A DNA stretch of 64,000 nt from Raillietiella orientalis (lineage: Eukaryota), in assembly GCA_036172245.1 (NCBI GenBank), contig JAYWIR010000025.1, positions 2,728,001-2,792,000 on the forward strand, read 5' to 3'. Below, piece after piece: positions 36,900 to 49,795 of this stretch (its first letter is position 1; each line of letters opens with the position of its first letter). The notes below the pieces were generated by a model. The model was not told the DNA's origin. It worked only from the letters and a program-made list of their open reading frames with translations, and ran no database searches. A program made the translations under genes and the position numbers.

Positions 36900-39800
36900 T
36901 CCCTTCCGGGAGGAGGAGGAGGGAAAAGAGCTCCACTTACGCTCCTGGTCCCCTCCCCTTCCGGGGGACTTCTCCTCCCTCCCCTTTGGGAGATTTTTGC
37001 GCGCTGCCACGAGACCCCTCTGCGTGCTGAGGGGGACGCGGCGGCATCCCCGCGGTGGCGTGCCGTAGGGAAAGAAGCGGGGGGGAGGAAGGAGGAGAGC
37101 TTCCCGAAAGGCCTGGAGCCTGGAGGCGGCCTCGCAAGCCACTCTCCCCCTCCCTCCCTCGCCGTGACGCTGCTGCGCATGCTCAGCCACCACCGAGGGT
37201 GGGTTTCCGCCAGGAGGCGGCGGTGCCGGGGAAACGCAGCCGCCGCCGCCGCCGTGCGATGGCATGCGCTACCGGGTCCGTGCGTGGGGGAGGAGGGCAG
37301 GGGTGACAATCGGCATCTCCGGAAGGGGGAGGGGGAAGTGCCGGAGGCTCGGGACCCTTCTTGGGAGAGAGAAGGTCGCCCAAGAGACTGCGACCACCGT
37401 CTCCGCAGGAGCCGGTGCCCGTAGGAGGCCGGGAGGAGGTCCTGCTTCCGCGGCGTGGTTGCCGTGGAGATAGCGGGCACGTTGCGGCCCGTGCTGACCG
37501 TAGCGCTTGCCTTCCTGCAACTCCGCTCCAGAAGATGCAACGGCCATGGCGACAAGGTGGGGGGCCACAAAGGTCCGCGACGCCGGCAGGACCTGGTGTG
37601 AAGACCTAGGGGCAGGTCGCCCCGCCGTAGAGCGACCTCCAAGAGACGCACCCCCCCAAGGAGACGGGTGCGGGCTCGAGGCCTGGGGCGGGATGAGGTG
37701 GTTGGATTGCCTCCCTCCTGCCCCGCCCCCCGAGCTAAGTTGCCCCGAAGCTCCTCGGGGGACACACGGGTTACCCTGGGCAGGTTGTTCGATGGCCTTC
37801 GGGCTCTTCAAGGGGGTTGCGCGCACAGGTCTCGGGATCCCTCGGATTCTCCGCCCCCTCCGGCGGCCAGCCTATCTCCACGGTCGCCGGAGGGTAGCAC
37901 TCGACGTACTTCCTGGGTCCACGAGCGAGGGCTGACCTTGGCCGTTTCCCCACCCCCCGCCGGACCTCTTCCTCGGCCTCTGTCAAGGGTGCTGATCCGC
38001 CCTCCCGACTCCCCGGCGGCGTCACCCCGGGGTTCCCGCTGCCCTACCCCTGATGTTTCTCCGAGAGGGGAGGCAGGCGGGGTCGCCGCCCCGTCTCCTC
38101 CCGGAGGACGAGCGCCTGCCTGCTGCTGCAGGCGCTCCTCCTCTCCGAAGAGTGGCAGCCGCCCCCCTCCGTCCGCCCTCTGCGGCTTTCTGAGCTCGAG
38201 GGCGGGGCCTTTGAGAGGGGCCACCGGAACCCTCCAGGGTATCGGTGCCGCCTGCCGGAGGGTCTGCGTGTCGCGTGGGAAAGCAGCCGGGGAAGGGGTC
38301 GAGGAAGAGGACGCAACTGAAAAGCTCCCCTCCCCCTCCCTCCTTCGAAGGGAAGCCGAGCAGGGACGGGGTAGCGGCAGAAGAACGAACAGATCAGAGG
38401 GCCAACCCCGAATTCCGCGGCTTCGAATTTTCCCTCCTTCGCGTGGTTTCCGACGTGCCCTTTTAGGGGGGTGAGGGAGAAGGAGAGGGGAGAGACAGGG
38501 TGAGTGGGGGGCGGACGGAAGGAGGAGGAAAGCAGCGAGCGGCGGCAGCAGCAGCAGCGTGCGGCGTAGCGCACGCTGAAAGGAAACTTCCGCTGCAACG
38601 GGAGGAAACGGGAGACGTGTGCGCCCCGCGAGGGTCGGAGCCCGTTTGTGGAAGGTGGCGGAACGATCCCTCGCCCTCCCTGAAGTTTCCTGCTCACGCA
38701 CATCTTTTCGCGCATGGGGCTCTTTCCCACTATCTCAGGCTTGCGGCATCTATGGACCCTCTGTCGAACTAACCCCATCCCCTTCCTCCTCTCTCGAATC
38801 ACGTGATCGCCGCTGCGCGCGCTTGCGTATGCTCCCGATATCGGAGTGACAGTCAGCACCAGCACACGCGCGATGATGCGCGTATGCGGCTCTGCGTACG
38901 CGCGTGCGAATTTTGCTGCGCTCGGACGCACAAGACTTTCTCGGCAGCGGGTGCGTTCGATTCCGTGCGCCGACGTGGCGTTGCGCCACCGTACATTCTC
39001 CCGACGGGACAAAGGCCTTTTTCCGCGTGCGTACGTATGGAGAAGGAGGAGGGTTCGGCACGCCTTCCTCCTCCCCCTGCAGCCGCACCCTCACCTTCGT
39101 GGGTTCCCCTCGAGCTCGAAACTTCGAGCCTCTGGAAGAACGGGAACGGAGAACTCTTCGGCCTTCTGACTAAGATCAAAGTGTCAAAGAAATCGTCGGT
39201 GGCGGATGGGCACCGCCGCGGAAGACGGAAAGGTGGAGCTTCCCGGGAAAGACGTGGCGACGGATTTCGGTCGCTGTTTCACCGTACCATCCATTTGAGA
39301 GAAGGGAAGGAGAAGGGGGATCGGAGCGCGTCTTTTTTTGGCTCTTCCGGAATCCTGGATTCCCTTCATCGGGAGTTGAAGCGACGCACTTGTCCTTCCC
39401 TCCTCTTCGGGCTCCAGGACTCCTTGTGGGAAAAGCGCCCTAAGGAGCCATTCCCTGCGCTCATCCGCAGGTAAGGTCCGAGGGATTCCTCTCGGCTTCG
39501 GGGATCCCCCCGCGGCTTCGAGGTCAGCGCGGGTGGTCTTGCAGGTCGCCTGGCTTCCTCCCTTCGTTTCCAAGCGCCCCGTCGATGGTCAGCGAGGGAG
39601 GGAGGAGGCGGACTGCACCTACGCGGCCCTCGCTGCATCGCACCGGGTGCGGGTGTTCCCGCTGAGCAGCGGCAGCCTGGTGGACGGAAGGTCACATGAC
39701 CCTGTGCCGCGCTTCCGAGGGTCCCTTTCTGCTGTTCTGGGAGGACGCGCGCCACGGATGCGCGGATGCTGCGGACGGGAAGTGCCCCAGGGGCGGCGAA

Positions 39801-41100
39801 GCGGCGCACATCGCGGAGGCGCGGCTGACCCTCGCGGGGACAGGCATCTCCACGGTTACCGGAACGCTCTCTCGCCTCCTCCCACTGCAGCGGAAGTTTC
39901 CTCTCAGCGTGCGTTACGCCGCATGCTGCTGCCGCCGCCGCCTTCCGAGCCCCCTCAGCCTGTCTCTCCCCCCCTCCCTCCCCCCCTCAAAAGACCGATG
40001 CCTTCCCCCCCGGCCCGGTTCTCCCACACACCTGAAGGCGACCGCAGCATCCAGGAAAAAAACTGCACGCCCAGGGATTGCGTGGCGCCCGTCGCCTCCA
40101 TCCATGAGGGCGGAGCGCGGATGCCGCACCAGCAGGGAAGGAGAAACGGAGACCGGGGACGAGTCCACCGTTCGGGAAGAGGCTGGCGCCGTCCGGGGGG
40201 AGGTGGGCAGAGGCGTCAAGTGAGACCGATCCCGGAGGGGTGGGTGGGCTCTGGTGGGTTCTCTCCGCTTGACTGGCCGCCCACGCTGAGGGAGGCTCCG
40301 TTCGGATGCTGGGGTGGAGGGGCTCGGTGGAAAAGGTAACACGGGGCTCTCCCATCCGGAAAGGGGAAGAGACGGGATTTTTTTCGTCAGCGGGGAAACA
40401 CGTAACGGGGCCTTCTTCCCCCATCCCTCCCTCCCCTTGCTTTTGAGATTTCACGACCTCTGGCACGGGAAGGGGAAGGGAAGGGAGGGGGCGACCATCC
40501 CCGAGGGCGGTCGGGAACGCAGTTCCGTCATAGTCTCTGCACGAAGAGCGCCAGATGTGCCCTCCGCGTTCCCAGTGTTCTTCCTGTCGCTGGATTGCAT
40601 TCCCCTCGGGGCGTGTAACTCCCCCCCCTTCGGCACCGCACAGGCGCAGCTCGCAGCGGCGATGTCCACTCCGCTGGCCTCGTGCGTTTCGGGGCGCTTC
40701 CGTCTCCATGGAGGTCCTCGGAGGGAGCGTCTCGTCCCGCTGCCTCAGAGGGTGCCGCACCAGGCAGTCTGCGCCGTCCCTCCCGAAAGGACCCCCAGGC
40801 GGCCGGACAACGCGGATCCATCGGAAAGGGTCGCCACCACGGCCGCCGTCATCGGTCCCGCTCTTCCACGGAGGAGGGCCCGCAGGCGCCCTGGGGAGGC
40901 GCACCTGTCGCCTGTGTCTTCGGCGGGGCTCGGCGCCGGTTCCTCGGCAACATCCTCGTTCGCCACAGCCCCATCGAGTGACCCCGTGCATATCGAGCCT
41001 CCGGCTGCTGCCAGCTGGTCTGAAAGGCAAGGGGCTGGGGAGGAGGTGAATTCTTAGCTGAGGACCCTCGGTCTGGCGAGTGGATCCCATTCTGATCCTG
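36900..41100. repeat. Two weakly similar direct-orientation blocks (about 36950-37450 and 40400-40910), probably old TE relics
   Basis: Patchy collinear similarity, e.g. 36963-37015 vs 40407-40470 and 37370-37440 vs 40825-40900. Judged by eye only. Confidence 0.3.
38460..39993. repeat. Inverted repeat with arms at about 38460-38636 and 39827-39993
   Basis: Core 38560-38597 matches the reverse complement of 39886-39923 at 36/38 positions; the flanks align more loosely. Confidence 0.85.
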
Positions 41101-42396
41101 CCGAGGTCTCCAGGCGCAAGCAGCTGCAACACCTTCTCGGAACGGCGCCCCCAGGCGGCGCCATTGCTTCCCGTCACGGAGCACGGAGTCACGGAGCGCC
41201 TTCCTCAGATCTCCAGAATCCGCTCGGACCCAATCTTGGTTGCCTCTTCTTCTTCCGCCTCCCCCCGGAGTGTCCGAACGTTTCCGTGTGCGCCCGAGCG
41301 GCCCACCTCGGAGTTTCCGGGGTTTCTGGCTGCTCCCGGGCCGAGGGGATGGAGGACATCACTCTAGTAGGGGTCGCTACTGCCTCATCGGTGGTGGCGT
41401 CGTCGGCACCTCGGTCGCTGCTGGAAGCAGCGGACCGCCTTCGCCCAAGGGTCTTTGCCCCCTCGGGCATCCGCGTGCGTCCCGACCTTCCTCGATGGCC
41501 TTCTCTTCGCCTCCCCGCAGCGCCCGAAGGTGCGCGTGTGGAAGGGGGTCGTCCATCCCCGGTATGAGCGAGGGTTTCCCGCCCTCCGACGCTGGTAAAA
41601 CGAGGGTGAGGAAAAGGGAGGGGAAGGGGGGAAGGAGCTTATCGCTTCCTCCTCACTCCCACTATCCGCTCATGTCCTGGAGAAAGCCCACCCTCACCCT
41701 CGCCTCCAGTAGATTCTTCGAGGGGAGAGGGGATTTTCCTTCCTTCCTGCTATCTGACCCCGCGTCCGAGTTGGACGGGCGGGGTGGGTAGAAATGGGGG
41801 AAGAATCTGGGTGGGCGAATGGCTTGGGGGAGTTTCGTCTCCCCTTTCCCCTGCCTCGTGCCTCTGCCCCCAGCCAGCACAACGGAGCGCCTGATGACGT
41901 CGTGCGGTCGCTTGCCTGGGGCCGAGAATCCAGTTTGAGGGTGGACTGGTGTGGGGAAGTGGATCGAAGAGGATGGCGACGCCGAGAATGGGGGTCAGGA
42001 CCCCGTTCCCTCCCTAGGACGAAGCAAGTGGGGAAGGAGGAATCCTTTTTTTCTTTGGGTGGGGTGAAGTGTGGGAGTGAAACTTCGCCTCTCGAGGAAA
42101 CTCCGAAACGGCCCGGGGACGACTGCATCTCGTCCTTGCGTCCTCGCGGCGCGTTCCTCCTCCCCCCCCCCAAGTGGCGGGGGGGACCGGGACGCAGCAC
42201 ATCGGACCCGCTGTGTTTCCCTTCGCCCTCCTCCCTTTCTCCCGCCGAAGAATTCCCCAGATTCCCTCTTCCTACTCCCGTTTCGTCCCGTTCCGCGCTC
42301 TCTGCCCCCCTCCTTCTTCGGCTTTTCGCTTCGACAGACGACAACACGCGGCCCTGCATGGCCTCCGGGGATTCGCGCCGCCACCGGGCCGGCTGG

Positions 42397-42432
42397 TATA
42401 ACAGCGGGGCTTCCTGCGAGCTGCTGCTAGTC
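42397..42432 (+). promoter_or_regulatory. Possible TATA/Inr core promoter of BicC
   Basis: TATAA at 42397 in a very GC-rich background, with CTAGTC about 32 nt downstream and about 300 nt before the ATG. Confidence 0.25.
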
Positions 42433-42718
42433 GAGCAAGCGACGGTGCCTGAAAGACACGCGCACGCGAGCGCCACCTCCGCCTGCTTGCCACCGCCGCA
42501 GCGACGTTGCGCCACCGCCGGTGCCACCGATCCCCACCCACCCTCTGCCTCTCTGTGAGCCCCGTGTGCGCCGCGCACCGCCGCCACATCCGCCGCCGCC
42601 GCAGCGCCCCCCTCGCTTCCGCTTCCTGCGCATGCCGTCCCCCCCTCCTCCCGGACCTCGCCTACCTTCCTGCCCATCCGCAACCGGAGCAGCCTCGCCG
42701 TCGGGACTCCGGGAAGGC

Positions 42719-43753
42719 ATGCTGTCCATTATCTCGCCTACCTCTTCCACCGTCTCAGCCCTGAAACTCCCGCTCGAAGGCAGCGAGCCCAGCGCCACCG
42801 AGGAGCCGTCCAAGCCGGTAACGACCCCTTCCTTCACCGTTCCCCCTCCGACTCCTTGCCGAGGGAGAACTTCTCCCCCGTCCCTCCCGTTCCCTGCGCC
42901 CCTCCGTCCTTGGTCCCGCTTGCTTTTCTTCCCTCTCTTCTTTCCCAGTTGAAGAAGGTGCTCCTCAAGATGGACGTCAACTACAGCGACCACTCCCACA
43001 TCATAGGCAGATCGGGGACCTCCATCAAACAGGTCGGTCACCTCCCTTTCCCGCTGGTGGTTTCGTCACCGTCTTCCACCATCCCCGTCCCCTGCGCGCG
43101 CCGCCTTCCTCTCCTTTTTTCTCTCCTTCTTTCGAGCGGTGGAGGCGAGCGCGCGGAGGGTCCCACGGGCACGACCACGGAGTCTGTTTCTCTTGCGCGC
43201 TCCTCAGGTGATGAACAGCACAAAGTGCCACATCCACTTCCCTGACTGCAACAAGGGGTCGACTAACGAGAAGAGCAACCAGGTGACCATCGCCGGGGAG
43301 ATGCCGAACATCGAGCTCGCGAGAGCCAGCGTGCGGGTGCGTTGGCGAAGGAGGGACTTCCTCACTTCCACCCCTTCTCCCCTGATTTCCCGCCCTGCTC
43401 CCTTCCTCGTGTTCCTTCTTCCTCCCTTCCTCCCTCCCCCCATACCTTTGATGGTTCACTCCAATCCATCTCACCGCCAGAAGCTGATGCCAGTCATCTT
43501 CCACGTGGAGATGAACTACGACGTGCGCGACCTGCTGACTCTCATCAAGCAGCTCCAGAACAAGTTCAACTTGCAGGTGGGATGAAGGGTCCCGTCGAGT
43601 TGCTTCCCATCTGACGGTCCCGCGCCGCTCAGGTGTACTTCCGCCAGAACACGGTGTCCATCAAGGGGAGCTGCTGGGAGCTGGATATCATAAAGAAAGC
43701 CTCGGACACCTTTCTAGGCTGGCTGGCCAACATGGGCAAGGTCCGAGAGAAAG

Positions 43754-43786
<33 letters not shown>

Positions 43787-46700
43787 CGTGTGTGGTTTGG
43801 AGAGGGGCGACGAGACGAACGTATCTCGGAAGGGGGATGGGGCTGTCGCGGAGGGCGAGGGAGGGACGCACGCGGGAGAAAGGGCGGTCGTGTGGAACGT
43901 TTCTTCCTTGTGCCTTCCACCCTCAGGTGCCCCAGATGACCTACATGGTGGTGGAGGTCTCTGTTCAGCATCACTTGTGGGTGTGCGGGGACCAAAACGC
44001 GAACCTCCATTCCATCATGAAGCGGACCAACACCGTGGTGACGCCTCCCAACTCAAACGACACGAACCTTCACCCCCTGCGGAAGACCACCTTTCTGATA
44101 AGAGGATGCATCCAGAATACGTTCCAGGCCACCCAGTACTTTATGGTACTTATTCCTCGTTTCTTTCGTGAGCTTCCCTAGTAGCTCTGCGCGCGTGGTT
44201 TTCCCCTCCACCCTTCCTTGTTTCCCCCCGGAGCCACCACGCACGATTTCCTCAGGGTATGCTTCCGATCACACTCTCGTTCGACATCAACCAGATGACT
44301 GATCTGGACCCCACGCTGGTCGAGAACATCATGACCAGCTACGACGTCGTCATACTGACTAAGCCGAAGCCGCGGATAGGAGTCAAGTCGGTGCTCATCA
44401 AGGGGTACGAAAGCAACGCAGGTAACGCGCACGTCTTCTCCCCAGCTCCCATCTCTCTCTCTTTATTCCTCCTCTTTCCCATCCTCCCTCTTCCTCCACC
44501 TACTCTCACCATCCACTCTTCCACTTTCTCCTCCATTTTTCTTCCTCCATTTTTCTTCCTCCTCTTCTTGCTCCCTTCCTCCATTCCTTCCTCCCCCTCT
44601 GGCTTTTTTTTCTTTACTCATTCTTCCACTTTCTCCGTTTCTCCTCCACTTTCTCTTCCACCTGCCCATCCGTCCACTCTTACACTTACTCCCTCCTCCT
44701 CCGTCCCCTCGTATTCCTTCCCCACTCCCTCTCCTCCTCTTCCTCCTTCTCTTTTTCCTCCTCTGAACTCTTCCTCCCCCTCTTGACTTCTTCACTTAAC
44801 TCCTCGCCCCCCATTCCTTCTCCTCCTCCTCCATCTGCTCCCCGTTTCTTCTCAACGAGGGCGGGAGCGGAAAGAAGAAGCGAGACCTCTCTTCATTCCC
44901 CACCCCCCTCCCTCTCCTTAATTTCCTAGGAAACGTGTACGCTGCCCGTCGAAGACTGCTGAGGCTGGACGAGGAGCCCTTTGAGGTCGACTTCCCGGAG
45001 AACTTCAAGCTGCCCGACGTACGGCCCTTCTACAGAAAGAACTACATAAGTATGGCTTGTCCCCTCCTCCGTCCGCACCTCCCCCTTCCTCTTTGTTACT
45101 CCCGTTCTCTGATTGGCCTGTCTTTCGCCTCCGGCGGCCTAAGGTTACCGCTTCAAGAACCCCTGCCAATGGAGCTGTCACAGCGTACCCTTCCACTGGA
45201 AGTCTCCCGACACGCAATTGTGCGGCAACTTCATCTCTCCGTCCATGATGGGCTGCGTTCACCAGGCGCCGCTCCTGGCGCATCCCGCGCTGGACACCGG
45301 CAGGAGCTACCGGACTGGTTTCTACGACGGCGCGACCCTTCCCATCTGGAGAGCGCCGTCCCCGCTCCGGATCGGTGCGCGCTTCTGCCCCTCGTCGGAG
45401 GAGTCTGCGGATAGACCGGTCCGGGCCGGTTCCCCGATCTGCAGCCGGGATGGAGAGCCGAAACCGGACTCCCGGGGCGGCAGCACCTCTCCCTTGGATC
45501 CCGAAGACGTCGGGCTGTCCAAGCTGTGTTCCAACTTTTCCCGCCTCGAGGACTTATTCTCTATGCTTCCGGATAGGCGCGCGCCAGGATGTGAGATGTC
45601 CGCGCTCACGCAGCTGGACCTGCACCAGAGGAAGCTCCTGTCCTGCAAGAGTGAGTGACCTCGCACTACGGGGGGGGCATCCTCCATCTTCCTTGACGCT
45701 GTCCCTCTCGCAGCCATGTCCCGCATCCCCAACGGCGAGGTGGAGAAGGTGCCAGACTCTTCCTGGTCGGGGCTGTCCTGCAGCAAGTCCGCGTCCCTGG
45801 TGCAGCAGGTAGGAGGGTGTTCACGGAGTCCCTTCTTTCCTCTCCGTTCGTCCCAGGTCTCCTCCTCCTTCGGAGGGGAGCCGTGGACTCCGACGGTCTG
45901 TTCCCCCAAGGAGCGCAAGGCCAGGTCTGAGAGCCACCCCAAGCTGCAGATGAACCTCAGTTGCCTGAGCGACTACTGGAAGCCGGGACCCCTGTCGGGC
46001 GAGCAGTGCGATTCGGACTACGCGTCCCAGGACCTGGCGACCCTGTTGGCCAACGCAAACCTCAGCAAGTACATCGGTGAGGAGGGGCAGAAGGGTGGGG
46101 AGTGGCAGTCCGGTGGACGGAGGGTCACGTTGCTCCGTCTCCGCGGGGTGCAGACGTTTTCCAAACCCAGGAGGTCGACATGAGCATGTTCGTCACCTTG
46201 AACGAGCGGGACCTACAGGACCTAGGGATCACGGCTTTCGGGTCCCGGCGGAAGATGCTGTGCTTGATACATGGTGAGTCCTCCAGGGTGGGGTTCCCAC
46301 GGGAGGCCCCTGGGCCGCCTTCTGGTTCCGTGCCTCCTGGCGTCGAGGAGGTCGCGTCTCGGTCCCACCCGCCGGCGCCGCCGCTGCTGATAGGGACAAC
46401 CTTCCTTCCCACCCCCCCACCCTCGCGCCGACCTTTTCTCCCTCCCTCCTCGCGCCTCTCTCTCCCGAAAGCTCTCACTCCTCCCGGAGGCGTCGCCATC
46501 TAGGCGAGTAGGGGAGGCGAGTAGAGGACCCGGGAGAAGAGTTGACTAGTCGATCCGGGACGCGAGGAGGCCTCTCCGATTCTAAATGCCCTCCGGGCAG
46601 CACAGCCCTTGGCTCCGCCCGAAGAGAGCATCCAGCGGCATGCGCGGAGGATGGGAGATGGGAGAGGCGGGGTAGGAGTTTGAAGATGGGACAGGAGGAG

Positions 46701-47099
46701 TGGTTCCGGAGTCTGCCGCGTGAGACGGGAGGCTCCCGACTCGGAGGAAGCAGTCAGAAGCACTCTCGCTTATGCTCCCGTCGTCTCCTTGACGAGGTCC
46801 GACTCTCGCGCGTTCCGCTCTGCCTGGTCTCTGTCGGTGTGTCCCGGGACGTGGAGCCGTGGAATTCCTTTTTCCCCAGTCCATGATGCTGAGGTCAGCT
46901 GAGACTTTCGTGCCTTCTCCAAGTCCAAACGAAGGGGTGAGGCGAAGAGAGCAGAGCGCTCGACGCACGCCGGCGCCGGAGTCGTGGGCGACGACGACCC
47001 TGCGCTTCTTCCTGGTCGCATGGAGGCTGCTGCGACGGCTGATTTTTTGCTTCTCGTTTTCTTCCAGAGTGCAGGAAGAAGCTGGAGCGCTCCTTCTAG
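42719..47099 (+). CDS. BicC: Bicaudal-C family RNA-binding protein (KH/KH-like domains plus SAM), divergent, about 664 aa
   Basis: Exons 42719-42817, 42949-43032 (LKMDVNYSDHSHIIGRSG), 43208-43336 (CHIHFPDCN..EKSNQVTIAG), 43481-43576, 43633-43740, 43927-44145, 44256-44421, 44930-45049, 45144-45650 (RRAPGCE, KLLSCK), 45714-45808 (WSGLSCSKS), 45857-46076, 46154-46273 (SAM: QEVDMSMFVTLNERDLQDLGITAFGSRRKM), 47068-47099 (TAG). Total 1995 nt, frame-consistent. First and last exons are less certain; an in-frame upstream ATG lies at 42632. Confidence 0.92.
44440..44835 (+). repeat. About 400-nt pyrimidine-rich (C/T) low-complexity tract in a BicC intron
   Basis: Almost no G on the + strand between the exons ending at 44421 and starting at 44930. 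Confidence 0.9.
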
Positions 47100-48139
47100 A
47101 GGCGACAGGGGTTGCTACGCGACTTCGCCGGAAAGCGCCGGAAGGGATGGTTCGGCTTCCTCGATGCGTGGCGAGTCCCCACACCCCTCGTTCCCGTCCC
47201 TCAGGGCTCGCGAACGTCCACAACGCACGTGCAGTTTTATATTTTCGACCTCCTCCCCTCCCCCACCCCTCTCCTCCTCCTCCCTTACGATCTCTCCTAA
47301 CGATCGTTCCTCTCGGAATTCCTGACAGACACCACCCGTTTTTTTTTTTTTTGCTTTCTCCCTTTCGTGTGGTCCTGAAGTTCAGTTTCCCCTGGATGCC
47401 TCACGATGCGCCCCTTTTCCTTTTTTTTCGCCTTTTTCCTTTTCTGCTTTTAAACACCAGCCGTGTTCGAGGACACGACGGGAGGACGTTTCAAATCCGT
47501 ACCTACTTTTTTTTTTGATTTTGAGGCGGTTCGAGATGATGCACCATCTTTCACATGACCACTTCCTCTACGCTTCGATACGAACCCCCAGTAGCCCGTT
47601 TGTTGGATATTTTATGCAATGGCCCGAGGGCTTTAATGAAAAAACCAAAAAAAAAAACACTTGAGGAGCAGTGAAAAACTAGAGGAGTCGTTCGTTCATT
47701 TGCGGGAAGGGAGATAGGAACCTGCGGGGAACAAAGGAGGGGCGGGGGGGAACGGGGAAGCAAGCGAAGGCAGAGGTGCGAACGAGCTCGGTTTTAGGGA
47801 CCCCGCCCTCCTTCCCCGCTTTCGCGCTGCTGCCACCGCCGCTGCTGCCCCCTCCGTCCGTTGCCGCAAGAGGGAGGCACCCTCGACCCTTCCCGGTTTC
47901 CAAGAGGCAAGGAGACCTTGTAGCGCGTTCTCGAGAAGCGGTCGAGCCAGGAGCCCCGGACGCGGGGCGCTCCAGGACTTATGGCTTCCCATGCCGACTA
48001 GGTGGTCCCGAGGGGCGGGCTTGCGGGGAAAATCTTTACCTCTTCTGTAGAACCGCGTCGAAGGCTGCTGAAACCTCTGAGCGTGACACCACCAAGCGCT
48101 GCGGTTGCGAATACTTGCAGAGAATCTACGCAGAGAGAT

Positions 48140-49350
48140 GAGGGTGCGTCGTGGATTCGAGTTTCTCTTGCGAGATGACGCTGGTTGGCCTCTATTCGGT
48201 TCAAAGCGGATAGCGGTTCAAACCGGGTGCACCCGATGAGTGGCCGGGATTGGAAGTTTTTGACCCTCTGGGTTCTTCCAGGAACCAAGGAGCGCGCTTC
48301 CCTTCGGTGTTCCCCTCCGGTTAGGAAAGGAGAGGATCCTCCATTCCGGGGGAACCTTGTCTCGTACCATAGAGCTGGTGGACTGATGGTGCTTCTCCAG
48401 AGAGTGTAGAGAAGCGTGCCGCTCCCTTCGGGGAGGCGCCCTTCAGAGAGAAATTAGGAAGCGTCTCTCCGGGGTAGAAGTTCCCTTCGGAGTTCTTCGG
48501 AGAAGGAGAAAACAGGGAGAGGTTCCCTTGCGGGTTCCCTCCGGAGAAGAAATTCCTAATGGCGGGTCCTTTCCGGGTTCCCTTCGGAGAAGAAATGAAG
48601 AGCGGCTTCACAAACTAGATGAACCCTCCGGAGGGAATAAGGAAGGGGTTCCCTTCAGGGTCCCCTTCGAAGACAATCAGGGTGAAGGTGATCTTCATTC
48701 CTGGGGTCCCTCCTCAGGCATCAGAGGAACGGACTCCGAGCCCTTCCTGGATCCATAGGGTGGTCCCCTCCCGGGGTACACTCACCGGGTGGCGTGCAAC
48801 AGTGTTCAAGAGCTGTGTGAGCCGCCAGGAGCGTGGGGGTTCTTCGAGGTACTCAGCGAAACCAAAAAAAAAACTGAAAGGAAAACAGCGAAGACAGAAA
48901 TGAAAGAAACCCCAAAAGAATTTCCTACCCACCGTCCTAGGATGCCTTTGATCGCCGCAGAGGGCGAGCTCTGTGAGCATTTGTCCGAATGGATCAGCCA
49001 TCCGTATCCTCGACGTGTGATGGAACCCGCTGGACCTCCTCCTTGTAAGACGGGGCAGTGACCTCCTCATCAGACGGCGGCATGCTGTGGTGCGACTGCG
49101 GCTGCAGTGTCCGACCGGATCGCGCGGCTCCCATGAACATCTGGGAAGAGCCAAGAGTCTTCTCATGTTCCCTGGAAGGCATCTTCCAGTCCCTTGGCGA
49201 CGCGTAGCAACAACTACCCGTTTCCACAGAGCTTTGCGCTTTCGGCAAAGAGGGAAACTTTGGATCTCTGGTGGACTGGGAAGCCCTCCCGATTTAATGA
49301 GGAAACGCAGGATCCTTGGGAATTGCTTGCAGCTTGGTAGGATCAGCTGT
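48140..49350 (-). mobile_element. Truncated relic of the same element family (copy B)
   Basis: 48140-48930 is collinear with 2580-3320 (e.g. TCTCGTACCAT(A/G)GAGCTGGTGGA, repeated TTCCCTTCGGAGAAGAA, CCCCAAA(A)GAATTTCC). Confidence 0.65.
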
Positions 49351-49746
49351 GCTGAGGAGCGGTACGTTACGTTGGCAACGAATAAAATCGTGTTGCAACA
49401 ATCACGATTTTGGTGTCGATTGTTGATGGTAACGTGATAGATGTCTGCCTCCATTATTGACCGCGCCATTGTTTGCTCGTGCGCAGCTGATCAGCGCCTT
49501 TTCGACCTTTTGGTGGTCGCGAAGGGAAGCGTCAGCCGATCAACCACAACCACGCTCTCTTTCGAATGGACGAACCTGGCTACAAGATGGGAGGAAAACT
49601 GCCACAGCGTGGTACCAAGCGTTGTGGGTTTGAATCCATCCTCACGTGTAGGATCGATGCCGAGAAATGGGTACGTCCTGGGTTTCGAGTCCCTCCCTCC
49701 CCCCCCGCAAGATGACGCTTGTTGACCTATTTGGGTGCAGCACTGG

Positions 49747-49795
49747 TGGAAACACAATGAACCCTTTGAGCTGTAAAGGCTTCATTGTGTTTCCA
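49747..49795. other. Near-perfect hairpin (pre-miRNA-like)
   Basis: TGGAAACACAATGAA / TTCATTGTGTTTCCA form a perfect 15-bp stem, then a C-C mismatch, a CCTTT/AAAGG stem and a 7-nt loop. Function unknown. Confidence 0.5.
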
